Of a stretch of 64,000 bases of DNA, positions 41,401-50,514 are shown piece after piece (position 1 is the stretch's first letter; each line of letters begins with the position of its first letter). This DNA is from Candidatus Altimarinota bacterium (GTDB lineage Bacteria; Patescibacteriota; Gracilibacteria; CAIRYL01; GCA-016699755), in the NCBI GenBank assembly GCA_963664295.1, contig OY760935.1, positions 256,001 to 320,000 on the forward strand, written 5' to 3'. The position numbers and the translations under genes are program-made. The notes under the pieces are model-generated. The model saw only the letters and a program-made list of their open reading frames with translations, was not told where the DNA came from and did no database searches.

Positions 41401-41886
41401 TTCCAAGGCAGAGATAGGAGCAATAAAAACAACTTGCGGAGGGCCAACTATAATAAATTCTTGAGAAAAAGTTGTTTCCATTTTTTTACCAAGCCAACTT
41501 TTGGCGTCAGTATTTACAGAAACTTTATAAGTTGTGCCTATTTCTAAATTTTTAGTAGGCTTAAAAACAAGCACCTTGTCATTTTCCCAACTAAATTCAC
41601 CGTCTATATTTGGGTTTATATTAAAAGCATTTTCTGTGCTTTCTTTGTTCATTTTAGAAGAAAACACAACGCGAAAATCCGCATTAAAAGATAATGTTTT
41701 TTCAATATTTACTTCATTATAGCCTGTCACTTTTGGTGGAGGAGATAAATACCAAAAAGCACTACCAGTAGCACCAACAAGCCCAATGGCAACAAGTAGT
41801 GTTAAAAAATATTTAGCAAATTTGTTTAAAAACTTATTCTCTGGTTTTTGAGAATTTTTTGCTTTAGTTTTCTTGTTATTTTTCAT
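35491..41886 (-). CDS. bacterial alpha-2-macroglobulin with N-terminal Ig-like (Big_5-type) domains
   Basis: FTDRPIYRPG, VEEYKKP, AVVDESVL, RGEFRDTAYW, LPDNLTTW, thioester YPYGCTEQ, AEEMYHPETFGR. Confidence 0.95.
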   Translation of the reverse strand: MKNNKKTKAKNSQKPENKFLNKFAKYFLTLLVAIGLVGATGSAFWYLSPPPKVTGYNEVNIEKTLSFNADFRVVFSSKMNKESTENAFNINPNIDGEFSWENDKVLVFKPTKNLEIGTTYKVSVNTDAKSWLGKKMETTFSQEFIIVGPPQVVFIAPISALEKQKQIKSAAIKKIEDENLDEYPTLKRNQAITVMFDRPIRAAFTPEEDLQDANDRRHNIEDYLIFDPPMEGDYRFLGTSSLQFTPNPDKLPMGNTLEVTLKKGMPSADGGTTEEEIVWHLETEAPAIIKSDPLEMEEFVDPGEAITLTWNQEISTESLFKHLTITPDLPNDVKRTLEVAPGKTENGEQDYSKTLISFKPSFPKDELITVQIEKGVKSLKGEKELNEEYQLHFVTLADPEVRDFYPQNNSSIMPNDTLSVTLSSPVDTDKLKEKLFFEPEVDKEQIKVSRGYSGRSANDKNEKTKVLYEINVPLKAQTEYKWGLLEGIKDKKDQTLEKGFKSILKTKDYPQSMQLMSKGGRRSLYDSDDDIGVFVRSRNVEEIKFKICKLTNSQVAKIEADWGWWDRIECVEEAQEWTEKLANQKNEWVITEVPLYERIDIERGAYYYEFYSPEYTYSWDNSRPVVFHEGLFTANSSITAKTTDEKVLLFVTDFLEGKAIKEIPIAIYGEDGSIVARGETDEKGFFEFKKENRYDRFFAIAENSEYKSYVGSSWDSGISVWDFNLNNDWQYLGHGLGYVFTDRPIYRPGHEVNFKGIVRLDYDADLVVPEDGTAVSVKIESPTSKELFNENIVLSANGTFNGTLNLDESAEVGQYSLIVKYANEEADTDDWFIHTFWVEEYKKPDFKIDITSEKNYFLIGEKFEADIELSRYFGAKMPDTDFDWYVVEEPYFFSKVDGWYSFSNLENYCWWYCETEENVLASGNSKTNEEGKAKISFPINIEEKSPRLLTLRITAEDATARTVTKSETYEAYPDDVLVGIRNDNYYLSGSEDKAEFSVITVDPDGKGIDNQDVEITLYQRKWNSIKKQGVDGAFYWETEEELKELDKKSVITDIDGKATATFKIDKDNPNYSGSIKAIAELGSYKSSDSGYISTNNFVSWSRSNNDRINIRTDKTSYNVGDTANLIIESPFDEPVKALVTIERKNILDYFTEEVSSGRGLKIKVTEDMLPNAYVSVILFKGKGAESAVYKTVKRGEKIEKELDELEEKIKEIENKIEKFEEELEAEDLKENREKLISEAMEKAKEELKNKKIEESSLETEEVAIKKQIEEYEKQDIDMDFDDSESFSPEIKMGIAEIPVNIEEKELEINLKTDKENYLPSEEVKLEIQAINNKREPVANTEITIAVVDESVLALKSRSIGDIVQYFWGRRDIGVQTISSMVFFTERLNVEAQKGEKGGGGGELLSAADLARKKRGEFRDTAYWLPTVVTDENGKAEVSFDLPDNLTTWQILAIASTNDSEFGMSTKNFISKKKLMITPSLPRFAVNGDLFKVGALVHNQTEKSIAIKTSLKTENFELKKNETQSDFLEPGEQKLIEFEGVVSSNSDKYGDFEDIKLNFKTESTVYVDEVEIFIPVNPPAVGESLATSGITEDLTSEFVKIPQVALPNMGNINLTLSALKTGDFTEGLNKLVRYPYGCTEQIMSRHLANVVIKRTEDTIGKQLTGLTEDELKKMVEETMQKIYKLQRSDGGFGFWESSEKSYPQLSAYVYFGLLETKKAGYTIDEDTRRRLENYLKIKLADKFVSDSDKIFMIFMLSEGDKNELALANLFYDNRENLSVFNKICLLLAYQNFSDDDLSGAFEKNAILLSEVEALGKQTDRGVQFASNQNSYYYDYWSSDIRNTAMALLALSREDANHPMIAKITDYLQQSKQRYRYGGPWGTTQNTAWVLISYMEWLEKSGQLNPNFTATAHLNDELFAEKAWTTETRLENETFMENIENLRISPLENEINIKKDGEGKLFYDIVANYYLPSEKVTEKNNGVGVTREFFTFEDKDMETPITKIKQGEIVRGKITIMIPDTRNFLVVDSPLPAGLEAINFNLETEDMGLLDETSQTCGRWWCWWDDLWYFNHKEMRDDRILLFADYVPSGVYEYRFLARAITEGKFQLIPTVAEEMYHPETFGRTDGDWFEVY

Positions 41887-41978
41887 GAAAAAAAGTTATA
41901 TTTATGCAAGCTTAAAAATCCTCTTTTTCCGCTTGAAAGTCAAGAATAAATAAGGTTTTTAGTGTTTATGAAAAAATA

Positions 41979-42371
41979 TTACCCAATCCTTGGTTCTTTT
42001 CCGAAAAAAGGTTTAATAAATTCTTTTTTTTCAGGCTTATTGCTAAAAAAGATTTTTTGTAGAGAATTTTCAGTATTAATCTTAGTATTTAATAAAGAAT
42101 AAACAGGTATATTCAAGCTATTTGCTAGGTTATTAGCCAATAAAACAGATATTCTCACAGGCGTAAAATCACCAGGACCATTAACAACAAAAACCCCATC
42201 TATATCATCAATGTTTTTGTCAGCTTTTTTGAGTGTATTTATAACATTGCTAAGTAAGTCACGATCTTTTTTTGGATCCCATTCTGTTTCAGCAAAAATA
42301 GTACTACGATCAAAAACAGCGCAACGAGCAGGGGGTAAACTAGTCTGAAAAGCTAATATTACTCTGTCCAT
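41979..42371 (-). CDS. tsaB: short TsaB (YeaZ)-like protein
   Basis: ILAFQTS, IDGVFVVNGPGDFTPVRISVLLANNLA resembles the TsaB GPGSFTG.R motif; only 130 aa. Confidence 0.75.
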   Translation of the reverse strand: MDRVILAFQTSLPPARCAVFDRSTIFAETEWDPKKDRDLLSNVINTLKKADKNIDDIDGVFVVNGPGDFTPVRISVLLANNLANSLNIPVYSLLNTKINTENSLQKIFFSNKPEKKEFIKPFFGKEPRIG

Positions 42372-44005
42372 AATTTAATAAGAATTTTATCTTCTAACAT
42401 AGGCACTTTTGTTAAGAAAAAAGGCCAAGGAGCAATTTTTACATCAGATATTTCTGCAAAATTAACTAAAATATTTTCTGCTTCATCAATTTTTTTGCCT
42501 TTTATGGCTTCTTTTACGCTGTTTACAAATCTAATTCCATCTGGATTTTCAGGTTCTATCAAATAAGCTTCTATTCCTTTTGCATTTACATTTATTTTTA
42601 AGCCTTTTGTTTCTTCAGGCACATCAAAAGGATTGATAATAACTGAGCTAGGATCAATTTTTTCTAAATACATACCATCGTCAACATTATCAGACAGCTC
42701 ATCTCTAAGAATAGAGACTAAATCAGAGGCATCATATGCCCAGCTATCAACCTCTATTTCTGCATAAGCTTTAAAGCTTTCCGTGTCTGTGTTTAATTTT
42801 TCTTTTTCTACTGAGATATCTGTGATTTTTTTATTTACAAATTTACTTTCAGGCACTAATACAAGGTTTGTTCCTTCTAGGGCATTTTTTTCTCTAATAA
42901 ATTTTTCAAGATTAGCCTGGGTTTCTTCTTCAATTTTTTCCTGAATATATTTTTTTGCCATTTCAAAATCTTCTTCTGTCACTTTTGGCTCCCAAGAGGT
43001 CACACCTCCGCCTAATGGTTCTCGAACTTCTGCCCACATTATTTCTTGTCCAGCTGGCGGTAAGCCGGGGATTATTAGCCTTTCTGGCTCAAGAATATTG
43101 CCACTCTCGCCAACAATATCGCCATATATATCTCTTTCGTCTGCTTTTACAGTGACAACTACTTCTCCATTGCCCTCTGCGCTTGCTCCTGGCACTGTTG
43201 CCCATTCGGAAATGCGATAAACAACACCTTTATCGCTTTGAAAACGGGTTTTTGGCTTTAAAGATCTTGGCTCTTGATAAGCATTTATTATTACTATTTG
43301 TCCTTCTGTGTGTTTGCCTGTAAAAACTTTAGTTATTGTTTTAAAATCAATTTCTTTATTAAAACTAGCTTCTATTTTATAACCAGAAATAATATGCCTT
43401 TTCTTATTAAAAGAGATGCTATCAATGCTTTCTTGGGGAGCAAGAGTGACATTAACAACAGTAGGAATTGTTTTTCTTTCAGGTTTTATATAAATAGTTG
43501 CACCAGGCAATGTCCACATAGAAACAAAGAAAAATAAAGCCAATGTAATTACAGAAAGAGTAATTAGCATTGCTTTTGATGGTCTGGAAAAAATTTCTCG
43601 CCAATTTATTTTTTCTGCTTCTTCGTCTTCTTTTTTTTCTTTTTCTATTATTTCATCAACTCTAAAAGTCTTTTGATTTATGCTTGATTTTTTTTTATTA
43701 CTATTTGCTTTAATTGGCACTTTTCCTAAAAGTGCTGTTTCTAGTTCTTCCAAGGTTTCAAATGTTGGCACTCCGGCATTTTCAGACATTTTTTGACCTT
43801 TTTTGTTTTTTGTCACTATATAAATAGTCTTATTTAGTTCTTCTGATTTATTGCGAAGTATTTTTATATTAATTATGCTTTGAAAAAAAGTGGCTTTTTG
43901 CGGAATTACAAAAACCACATTATCTTTTTTGGTTTTTTTTAGATAACTTATAGCTTCGCTTACTTCGTCCTGATTGTTTAAAAAAATAACTCTTTGGTTA
44001 ATCAT
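42359..44005 (-). CDS. membrane-anchored protein with a baseplate-J-like extracytoplasmic region (CPR-type)
   Basis: N-terminal cytoplasmic domain, one TM, then G.IVIIN..TRFQSDKGVVYR..VPGA..V.V.AD..G..GNI..GGG pattern; family assignment from recall. Confidence 0.55.
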   Translation of the reverse strand: MINQRVIFLNNQDEVSEAISYLKKTKKDNVVFVIPQKATFFQSIINIKILRNKSEELNKTIYIVTKNKKGQKMSENAGVPTFETLEELETALLGKVPIKANSNKKKSSINQKTFRVDEIIEKEKKEDEEAEKINWREIFSRPSKAMLITLSVITLALFFFVSMWTLPGATIYIKPERKTIPTVVNVTLAPQESIDSISFNKKRHIISGYKIEASFNKEIDFKTITKVFTGKHTEGQIVIINAYQEPRSLKPKTRFQSDKGVVYRISEWATVPGASAEGNGEVVVTVKADERDIYGDIVGESGNILEPERLIIPGLPPAGQEIMWAEVREPLGGGVTSWEPKVTEEDFEMAKKYIQEKIEEETQANLEKFIREKNALEGTNLVLVPESKFVNKKITDISVEKEKLNTDTESFKAYAEIEVDSWAYDASDLVSILRDELSDNVDDGMYLEKIDPSSVIINPFDVPEETKGLKINVNAKGIEAYLIEPENPDGIRFVNSVKEAIKGKKIDEAENILVNFAEISDVKIAPWPFFLTKVPMLEDKILIKLWTE

Positions 44006-44008
44006 TTT

Positions 44009-45199
44009 TTATTCTTTTAATACTGAGAGTCCTGGCAAAACTTTGCCTTCCAAAAATTCAATCATTGCACCTCCGCCAGTAGAAATATGAGAAAATTTAT
44101 CTTCAGGTATATTAAAGCGGTCAATTGCCTCTATTGTATCACCTCCGCCAATTATTGTTTTTGCTGATGAGTCTGCAATTGCTTTGCAAATTTCTTTTGT
44201 GCCACCAGCAAAAATATCATACTCAAATAAGCCCATTGGACCATTCCAAATAATCATTTTTGCTTTTTTAATAATTTCTATATACATTTTTTGGCTCATT
44301 TCGCCAATATCAAGAATTTTGTCACTTGTGGAGACATTTTCTACAGGCATATCAAAAAATTCCGCATCATGGGCTATTTCCTTAGAAACTATAACATCAA
44401 TTGGTAGTTTTAATTTTCCTCCTTGTTCTTCAGATTCAGCAAGCATTTCCTGTGCTTGTTCCATTCTGTCTTTTTCGCACAATGATTCGCCAACTTCATA
44501 CCCCTGAGCATACAAAAATGTATTAGCAATACCGCCACCAACAAGCACGCTGTCCGCAGTTTTTAAAAAGTGTCTAATTACACCAATTTTAGTTTCAATT
44601 TTTGCCCCGCCTGTCACCAAAACCATAGGATGTTCACGATTTTTAACAGCCTCAGAAAGCACTTTTACCTCTTTTTCAACCAATAAACCAGCACAAGAAG
44701 GCAAAAAATGAGCAACTCCTACAGTAGAGGCATGACCTCTGTGTACAGTGCCAAAGGCATCTTGCACAAAAAGATCACAAGCTTCTGCTAGTTGTTTAGA
44801 AAAATCACGAACATTTTCTTTTTCACCTGTATGAAAGCGAGTGTTTTCAAGAACTAATATTTCACCAGGTTTTAAATTGTTTTTTGCTTCCAAAATTTCT
44901 TTACCAATACAATCATCAACTTTTTTTACAGGTTTTTTAATTAAACCCTCAAGTTTTTTTGCAAGCGGAGTAGTGCGTAAGTCATCAACAATTCTACCGC
45001 TTGGTCTGCCAAGATGAGTAGCTATAATCACAGCAGAGCCATTATCAAGAAGATAGTCAATTGTTGGCAATGCCGCTCTTATTCGTTTGTCGTTAATTAT
45101 TTTCCCATTTTCAATGGGCACATTAAAATCAACTCTCAATAATACCTTTTTTCCTTGTAAATCTTCTTTTTTAAGGTCAGATAATTTTTTGAGGGGCAT
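44009..45199 (-). CDS. pgk: phosphoglycerate kinase
   Basis: RVDFNVP, THLGRP, LENTRF, DAFGTVHR, WNGPMG, GGGDT, STGGGA. Confidence 0.98.
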   Translation of the reverse strand: MPLKKLSDLKKEDLQGKKVLLRVDFNVPIENGKIINDKRIRAALPTIDYLLDNGSAVIIATHLGRPSGRIVDDLRTTPLAKKLEGLIKKPVKKVDDCIGKEILEAKNNLKPGEILVLENTRFHTGEKENVRDFSKQLAEACDLFVQDAFGTVHRGHASTVGVAHFLPSCAGLLVEKEVKVLSEAVKNREHPMVLVTGGAKIETKIGVIRHFLKTADSVLVGGGIANTFLYAQGYEVGESLCEKDRMEQAQEMLAESEEQGGKLKLPIDVIVSKEIAHDAEFFDMPVENVSTSDKILDIGEMSQKMYIEIIKKAKMIIWNGPMGLFEYDIFAGGTKEICKAIADSSAKTIIGGGDTIEAIDRFNIPEDKFSHISTGGGAMIEFLEGKVLPGLSVLKE

Positions 45200-45310
45200 T
45201 TTGTTTAAAAAAATCACTCTTATTTTTACAAAAATTTTTTTTAATTGCACGAAAAATATTTTTATTTTTTATTTTTTATGGGAAAATGCCATTTGCTTTT
45301 TAAAAATACT

Positions 45311-46990
45311 ATGAAAAAGAGATTATTATCATTATTATTAGGTTTTACTTTTTTATTTGCAGGAATTGGCAATGGTCTAGCTTATTCTGACACACAAGAT
45401 GAAGCAGTAAACTACCTCAGAACTCAAAATGTTCTAAATAAAGCTGATAAATTTTATCCAGAAAAAAGAGTCACCAAGGGCTTATTTACGATGTGGGCAG
45501 TAAAAAATAGAAGAATTTTCTTTGAAGAAAATGAAAGAGTGCTAGAGCCTTTTGCTGATATAGATGAGCAAGAGTTTGCGCCCTATGTTGCTACTGCTTG
45601 GAAGGCAGGTGCCGTAGAAACATCTAAGTATTTTTATCCAAACACACCAATACAAAAATTAGATGCTTTAAAAATGGTTTTTGCAATTGAAGGTATTCCT
45701 GCTCCCGTAATGGGATTTGAAGTTGACGATTTTGATGATTTACCAAAAAGCGCAAAAGACAAAGGAATAATCGCCAAAAGTATTGAATTGGGCATTGCTG
45801 AACCAGATAGTAAAAATCATTTTGGTGTTGATACTGAAATAACTCGTCTGGAAGCAGTAAATATTCTTTATGAAGCAAGAATTTATCAAAATAATAATCA
45901 TAAAGTTTATTTGCAAAGCATAAAAACCTCTCCAGAAAAAACAAATGAAGATATTTTTGATGAAGTTTGGACAATTGTTCATAAAAGATACTTAAGATCA
46001 GACGAGGTTTTAGATGATGAATTGATGGACGCCGCAATAGAAGGCATGATTGAATACCTTAATGATCCTTATGGAGTTTATTATCCACCAGAGGATTTGG
46101 GTAGTTTTCTTGACCCTTTAGAGGGTGAATTAGAAGGAATTGGTGCAGAGGTTTCAATAGAAGAATTAACAGGATATGTATTTATTTCAAATCCATTAAA
46201 AAATAGTCCAGCAGAAAAAGCAGGACTAGAAGCAGGGGACTTAGTCAAAGCAGTTGACGGAGTGAATGTAAAAGGAATGACTTTAGACAAAGCAGTTTCT
46301 TTAATTAAAGGTAAAGCAGGCACAGAAGTTGTTCTCACAATAATTCGTGATGGCAAAGAATTTGATGTCACATTAGTAAGAGAAAAAATAGACCTCAGTT
46401 CAGTTTATTTTGAAGTCAAAGATAATTATTTGATTTGTGAAGTTGATTACTTTACCTCAACCACAGTAAGTGAGTTTGGAAAAATAATCGAAGAAAATTA
46501 CAACAACAGCACAAAAGGAATAATTATTGACCTTCGTGGAAATCCAGGTGGCTTTTTAGATACTGCTGTTGATCTTTTAGGTTATTTTTTTGAAAAAGGC
46601 ACAGTTGCCTTAATCACAGAAGAGGCCAATGCTACCGACAAAGAAGAAACAAGAGGCTCAGGATTATTAAAAAACACACCACTTGCTGTAATAGTTGATG
46701 AATATTCTGCTTCTTCATCAGAAATTTTTACAGGCGCAATTAAAGACTATGAAAGAGGTATAATAATTGGTTCACAAACATACGGAAAAGGTACAGTGCA
46801 AGAGCTTTCTCAGTTTTATAATGATTCTGCCTTAAAAATCACAGTGGCAGAATGGAAAACACCATTAGGAAACAAGGTAGATGGAATAGGCATTACACCT
46901 GATATTGTTTATGAAGATACAGAAGGCGATCTTGTTATTACAAGAGCAATAAAAGAACTTAATGCAGGCAAGGGAAAGCCAAAAAAATAA
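45311..46990 (+). CDS. S41 C-terminal processing protease with SLH and PDZ domains
   Basis: Signal peptide, SLH-like repeats, GIGA..SPAEKAGL (PDZ), DLRGNPGG, SASSSE, YGKGTVQ, GITPD. Confidence 0.92.
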   Translation: MKKRLLSLLLGFTFLFAGIGNGLAYSDTQDEAVNYLRTQNVLNKADKFYPEKRVTKGLFTMWAVKNRRIFFEENERVLEPFADIDEQEFAPYVATAWKAGAVETSKYFYPNTPIQKLDALKMVFAIEGIPAPVMGFEVDDFDDLPKSAKDKGIIAKSIELGIAEPDSKNHFGVDTEITRLEAVNILYEARIYQNNNHKVYLQSIKTSPEKTNEDIFDEVWTIVHKRYLRSDEVLDDELMDAAIEGMIEYLNDPYGVYYPPEDLGSFLDPLEGELEGIGAEVSIEELTGYVFISNPLKNSPAEKAGLEAGDLVKAVDGVNVKGMTLDKAVSLIKGKAGTEVVLTIIRDGKEFDVTLVREKIDLSSVYFEVKDNYLICEVDYFTSTTVSEFGKIIEENYNNSTKGIIIDLRGNPGGFLDTAVDLLGYFFEKGTVALITEEANATDKEETRGSGLLKNTPLAVIVDEYSASSSEIFTGAIKDYERGIIIGSQTYGKGTVQELSQFYNDSALKITVAEWKTPLGNKVDGIGITPDIVYEDTEGDLVITRAIKELNAGKGKPKK

Positions 46991-46991
46991 T

Positions 46992-47582
46992 ATGAATATA
47001 CGAAATTTTTTTACTGCAAAAAATCCATTAATTCTTGCTTCAAAAAGCCCACAAAGAGCAGAAATTTTAGATCGTTTAAATATTGTTTTTGAAGCTTGCC
47101 CAAGTGATGAAGAAGAAATTTTTAATTCTAATGATCCACTGGAAAAAATAGCTCAGGATTTGGCTTTATTAAAGGCAAAATCAGTGCTCAAGAGGTATCC
47201 AAATAGCATTGTTTTGGGAGTCGATACTTTTGTGGTGTCGTCAAAAGGAAAGATAATCACTAAGCCAAAAAACAGAGAAGAAGCTAAAAAAATATTGATG
47301 GAAAAATCAAATAGCACAGAAAAAGTGCTGTCTGGCATTGTTCTTGTTAGTAAAGATAAACAATTAGTAAAAACAGAAGTTTCAAAAGTGTTTTTTGCAG
47401 ATATTAACCCTGAAGATGCAGAGATAATATTAAGTTTTAATGAATGGCAGGGGCGTAGTGGTGGTTTTTCTATTGAGGGAAAAACTAGTTTTTATGTTAA
47501 GGGAATAGAAGGGGATTTTTGGAACATTGTTGGCTTGCCTGTGTATTGTCTGAGGCAAGTGTTGAATGAATTTTTAAATTAA
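46992..47582 (+). CDS. maf: Maf family nucleoside triphosphate pyrophosphatase
   Basis: ILASKSPQR, LKAKSV, GVDT, KP, IEGDFWNIVGLP. Confidence 0.93.
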   Translation: MNIRNFFTAKNPLILASKSPQRAEILDRLNIVFEACPSDEEEIFNSNDPLEKIAQDLALLKAKSVLKRYPNSIVLGVDTFVVSSKGKIITKPKNREEAKKILMEKSNSTEKVLSGIVLVSKDKQLVKTEVSKVFFADINPEDAEIILSFNEWQGRSGGFSIEGKTSFYVKGIEGDFWNIVGLPVYCLRQVLNEFLN

Positions 47583-47677
47583 TTTTATTTTTGTATTACT
47601 GTATTAGTGTACTGGTACAGTAATACATTTTTAATGTTGAGTATTTGGCTTTATCTAGGGCAATTAATTTTTTTTAA
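47579..47677. repeat. ~98-bp dispersed repeat with a 12-bp perfect hairpin (copy 1)
   Basis: tgtattactgta-N12-tacagtaataca (47592-47627) ... ttggctttatctagggcaat; second copy at 54471-54568. Confidence 0.85.
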
Positions 47678-47733
47678 TTGTTTTTATTTTTTGTTATTAT
47701 GAGGAGTCAGCCGTGGCGGAAAGGATTTTTTTT

Positions 47734-48220
47734 GGTCATTACTGTTGAATTACCTAAGGCAGGACTTGAGCAAGTGGACAAGGAGATTCTTCGCTCCATT
47801 TCATTCCGCTCAGAATGACAGTAAGGGTGTGTTTTTCCGCTTAGAATGACAAAAAAAAGAGGCAGGCTCGCTCAGAATAACACCTCCTGCCTCCCGAGAT
47901 TGCGGGTCGTAGCCCACAATAACAACCCAAAAAGTTCACAATGACAAATATGATGTCATCCTGAATTTAATTCAGGATCTCCCGTAGTCATTACTGTTGA
48001 ATTACCTAAGGCAGGGCTTGAGCACATAAACAAGGAGATTTTTCGCTCCATTTCATTTCGCTCAGAATGACAGTAAGGGTGTGTTTTTTCGCTCAGAATG
48101 ACAAAAAAAAGAGGCAGGCTCGCTCAGGATGACACCTCCTGCCTCCCGAGATTGTGGGTCGTAGCCCACAATGACAACCCAAAAAGCCCACAATAACAAC
48201 CCAAAAAGTTCACAATAACA
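47734..48220. repeat. array of REP-like palindromic repeats
   Basis: Two diverged composite units carrying the same GTCAT/ATGAC-tagged palindromes. Confidence 0.9.
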
Positions 48221-48270
48221 CCCTAAAGCTCTTACAATGATATTTTAAACAATGCGTTACTATAAATAAT

Positions 48271-49461
48271 TTAGAAAAAATCAGGGTAGTCTTTTTCTGT
48301 AAAATTTACCGCTGAAATATCACGAATTTTTTTGATAATATTTGGCAAAATATTAAGAAATTTATTTACATTTTCCTGATTTGTTTCTTTGCCTAAAGTT
48401 ATTCGCAAGCTACCATGAGCAAGCTCTTTTGGTAAACCAATACCAGTAAGCACATGAGATGGCTCAAGAGAAGCTGATGTGCAAGCACTTCCAGTTGCCA
48501 CCTGAAAACCCTCTTTATCAAGATGTAAAAGCAAACTTTCTCCTTCGGTATTTAAGAAAGAGATGTTTATATTGTTTGGTAAACGCTCTTTTGGGTGACC
48601 ATTTAGGCGAGTAAGTGGAATGTTCTTTAATACAAAGTTAATAATTTGATCACGCATTTTTATTAAGCGTTCATTGTTTTGAATTTTTTCTTGTTCAGCC
48701 AGTTCAAGCGCTTTGGTAATGCCAATAATTCCTGGCACATTTTCTGTGCCTGCCCTGAGTCCAAACTCTTGGCTTCCTCCAAGGATTTGCGGAGCTATTT
48801 TTATGCCTTTGCGTACATATAAAACGCCTGTGCCTTTTGGACCGTTTATTTTTGATCCATTAAGAGTCATTAAATCTATTTCTAGGTTTTTGGTATCAAT
48901 ATCTAAGGCACCACCTGCTTGACAAGCATCTGTATGAAAAATTACTCCTTTTTCTTTGGCTATTTTTGCTAATTTGCTAATTTGGTTAATTGTGCCGATT
49001 TCGTTATTTGCGTAAATAAAGCTGGCAAATAATGTGTTTGATTTAATTGCTTTTTCAAAATCAGAAGGGCTTATTTGACCATATTTATCTGGTGATAAAA
49101 ATTCTACCTCTAATCCTTGTTTTTTGAGTTTTTCAAAAGGATAAGCAACAGCGTGATGTTCTATTGAGCTGGTTATTATGTGATTTTTTTCTTTTGTTTG
49201 ATTTGCTTCAATTGCACCAAAAATAGCCAAATTATCGCTTTCTGTTCCGCTTCCGGTGAATATTATTTCTTGAGGGGTGCAGTTTAATATTTTTGCTACT
49301 GTTTCACGAGCTTTTGTTAGTGCTTCTAGTGCCTTTAGTGATGTTTTGTGTAAACCTGATGGATTGCCATATATTTCTGAGAAATAAGGCAACATTGCTT
49401 CAACAACGCGAGGGTCTGTTTTTGTTGTTGCCGCATTATCTAAATAAATATTATTAGTCAT
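48271..49461 (-). CDS. iscS: cysteine desulfurase
   Basis: YLDNAATT, GNPS, FTGSGTES, NNEIGT, HTDACQ, RAGTEN, TGSACTS. Confidence 0.96.
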   Translation of the reverse strand: MTNNIYLDNAATTKTDPRVVEAMLPYFSEIYGNPSGLHKTSLKALEALTKARETVAKILNCTPQEIIFTGSGTESDNLAIFGAIEANQTKEKNHIITSSIEHHAVAYPFEKLKKQGLEVEFLSPDKYGQISPSDFEKAIKSNTLFASFIYANNEIGTINQISKLAKIAKEKGVIFHTDACQAGGALDIDTKNLEIDLMTLNGSKINGPKGTGVLYVRKGIKIAPQILGGSQEFGLRAGTENVPGIIGITKALELAEQEKIQNNERLIKMRDQIINFVLKNIPLTRLNGHPKERLPNNINISFLNTEGESLLLHLDKEGFQVATGSACTSASLEPSHVLTGIGLPKELAHGSLRITLGKETNQENVNKFLNILPNIIKKIRDISAVNFTEKDYPDFF

Positions 49462-50052
49462 TTAATGTTCAAATTTTTTTAAAAGATTTTTAATCTTATT
49501 TTCACATTTTCCGCAAACTGTTCCACAGCCTGTCTTTTTTTGTAATTTTTCATAAGTATTTGCGCCTTCTGCATAAGCTGCTTCCAGGTCACTTTTGAGC
49601 ACATCTTTGCAACCACATACTATTTCGTCATTTGGAATTTTGTTTTTTTGTCCTGCTTGTTTGTAGTAATTATATATTGATGCTCTGAGAGCTTGGTCTC
49701 CTAATACAGAACAGTGAATTTTTTGCTCTGGTAAGCCATGAAGCTTTTTTACAATATCATTTGGTTTTATTTTTAAGGCATCTTCAAGGCTCATATCAAT
49801 TACCATTTCTGATAAGACAGAAGTGGAAGCAATTGCGCTAGCGCAACCAAAAGTTTGCCATTTACATTTAGTAATTTTATTGTCTTTTATCCAGATCCAA
49901 ATACGCATAACATCACCGCAAGCAGGCGACCCTACTGTGCCTACGCCATCAGCATCTTTTGCTTCATCTTCGCTTGTTAGCGAATTGCGAGGGTTAAAAA
50001 AATGCTCACGTACTGTATTTGAATATGCCCATTTTTTATCTTGATTACTCAT
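49462..50052 (-). CDS. nifU: Fe-S scaffold IscU/NifU with C-terminal BFD-like [2Fe-2S] domain
   Basis: HFFNPRN, ACGD, FGCASAIAS, KIHCS; C-terminal VCGC..GCGTVCGKC. Confidence 0.9.
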   Translation of the reverse strand: MSNQDKKWAYSNTVREHFFNPRNSLTSEDEAKDADGVGTVGSPACGDVMRIWIWIKDNKITKCKWQTFGCASAIASTSVLSEMVIDMSLEDALKIKPNDIVKKLHGLPEQKIHCSVLGDQALRASIYNYYKQAGQKNKIPNDEIVCGCKDVLKSDLEAAYAEGANTYEKLQKKTGCGTVCGKCENKIKNLLKKFEH

Positions 50053-50327
50053 TGTGTTAATTGTTGATAAAGCAAATTAAGAAGTAATGTGAATAAATCT
50101 AAAATAATTATTGCTACAAGTGGAGAAAAATCAATCATACCTGTTCGCGGTGTAATTTTGCGAGCTATTATCAGCATTGGATAAACAATTTTTTTTGCCC
50201 AGATTGTGAAAAAATTGTCCTTTGGCCTAAACCAAGACATTATAATCACAATAAAAATTAAAAACTGCAAAGCTTTAATAGTGTTTGCTAGAAATAAAAA
50301 ACTAAATTGTATGATTTGTGATGACAT
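50049..50327 (-). CDS. YggT family membrane protein
   Basis: IIMSWF..P...R..P..GMIDFSPLVA signature. Confidence 0.88.
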   Translation of the reverse strand: MSSQIIQFSFLFLANTIKALQFLIFIVIIMSWFRPKDNFFTIWAKKIVYPMLIIARKITPRTGMIDFSPLVAIIILDLFTLLLNLLYQQLTQ

Positions 50328-50514
50328 TGTTTTATTTGATTTATTGCCAAAGCATTTTAACTTTTTAGATTATTATTGTCATTATAAAATAAAAATAGTA
50401 TCCTATATGCACAATTTTAGCTGATTAAGACAAAAAACAGCTTAGAATAGCTAAAATAAGCTTGCCAAAGCGCAAGAACTTATTAAACTAAATTTTCTAT
50501 ATTTAGTTAATCCT

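Noticed and set aside
42359-44005. Prophage or contractile injection locus
   Set aside because: A single baseplate-like gene among housekeeping genes; no capsid, sheath, terminase or integrase.
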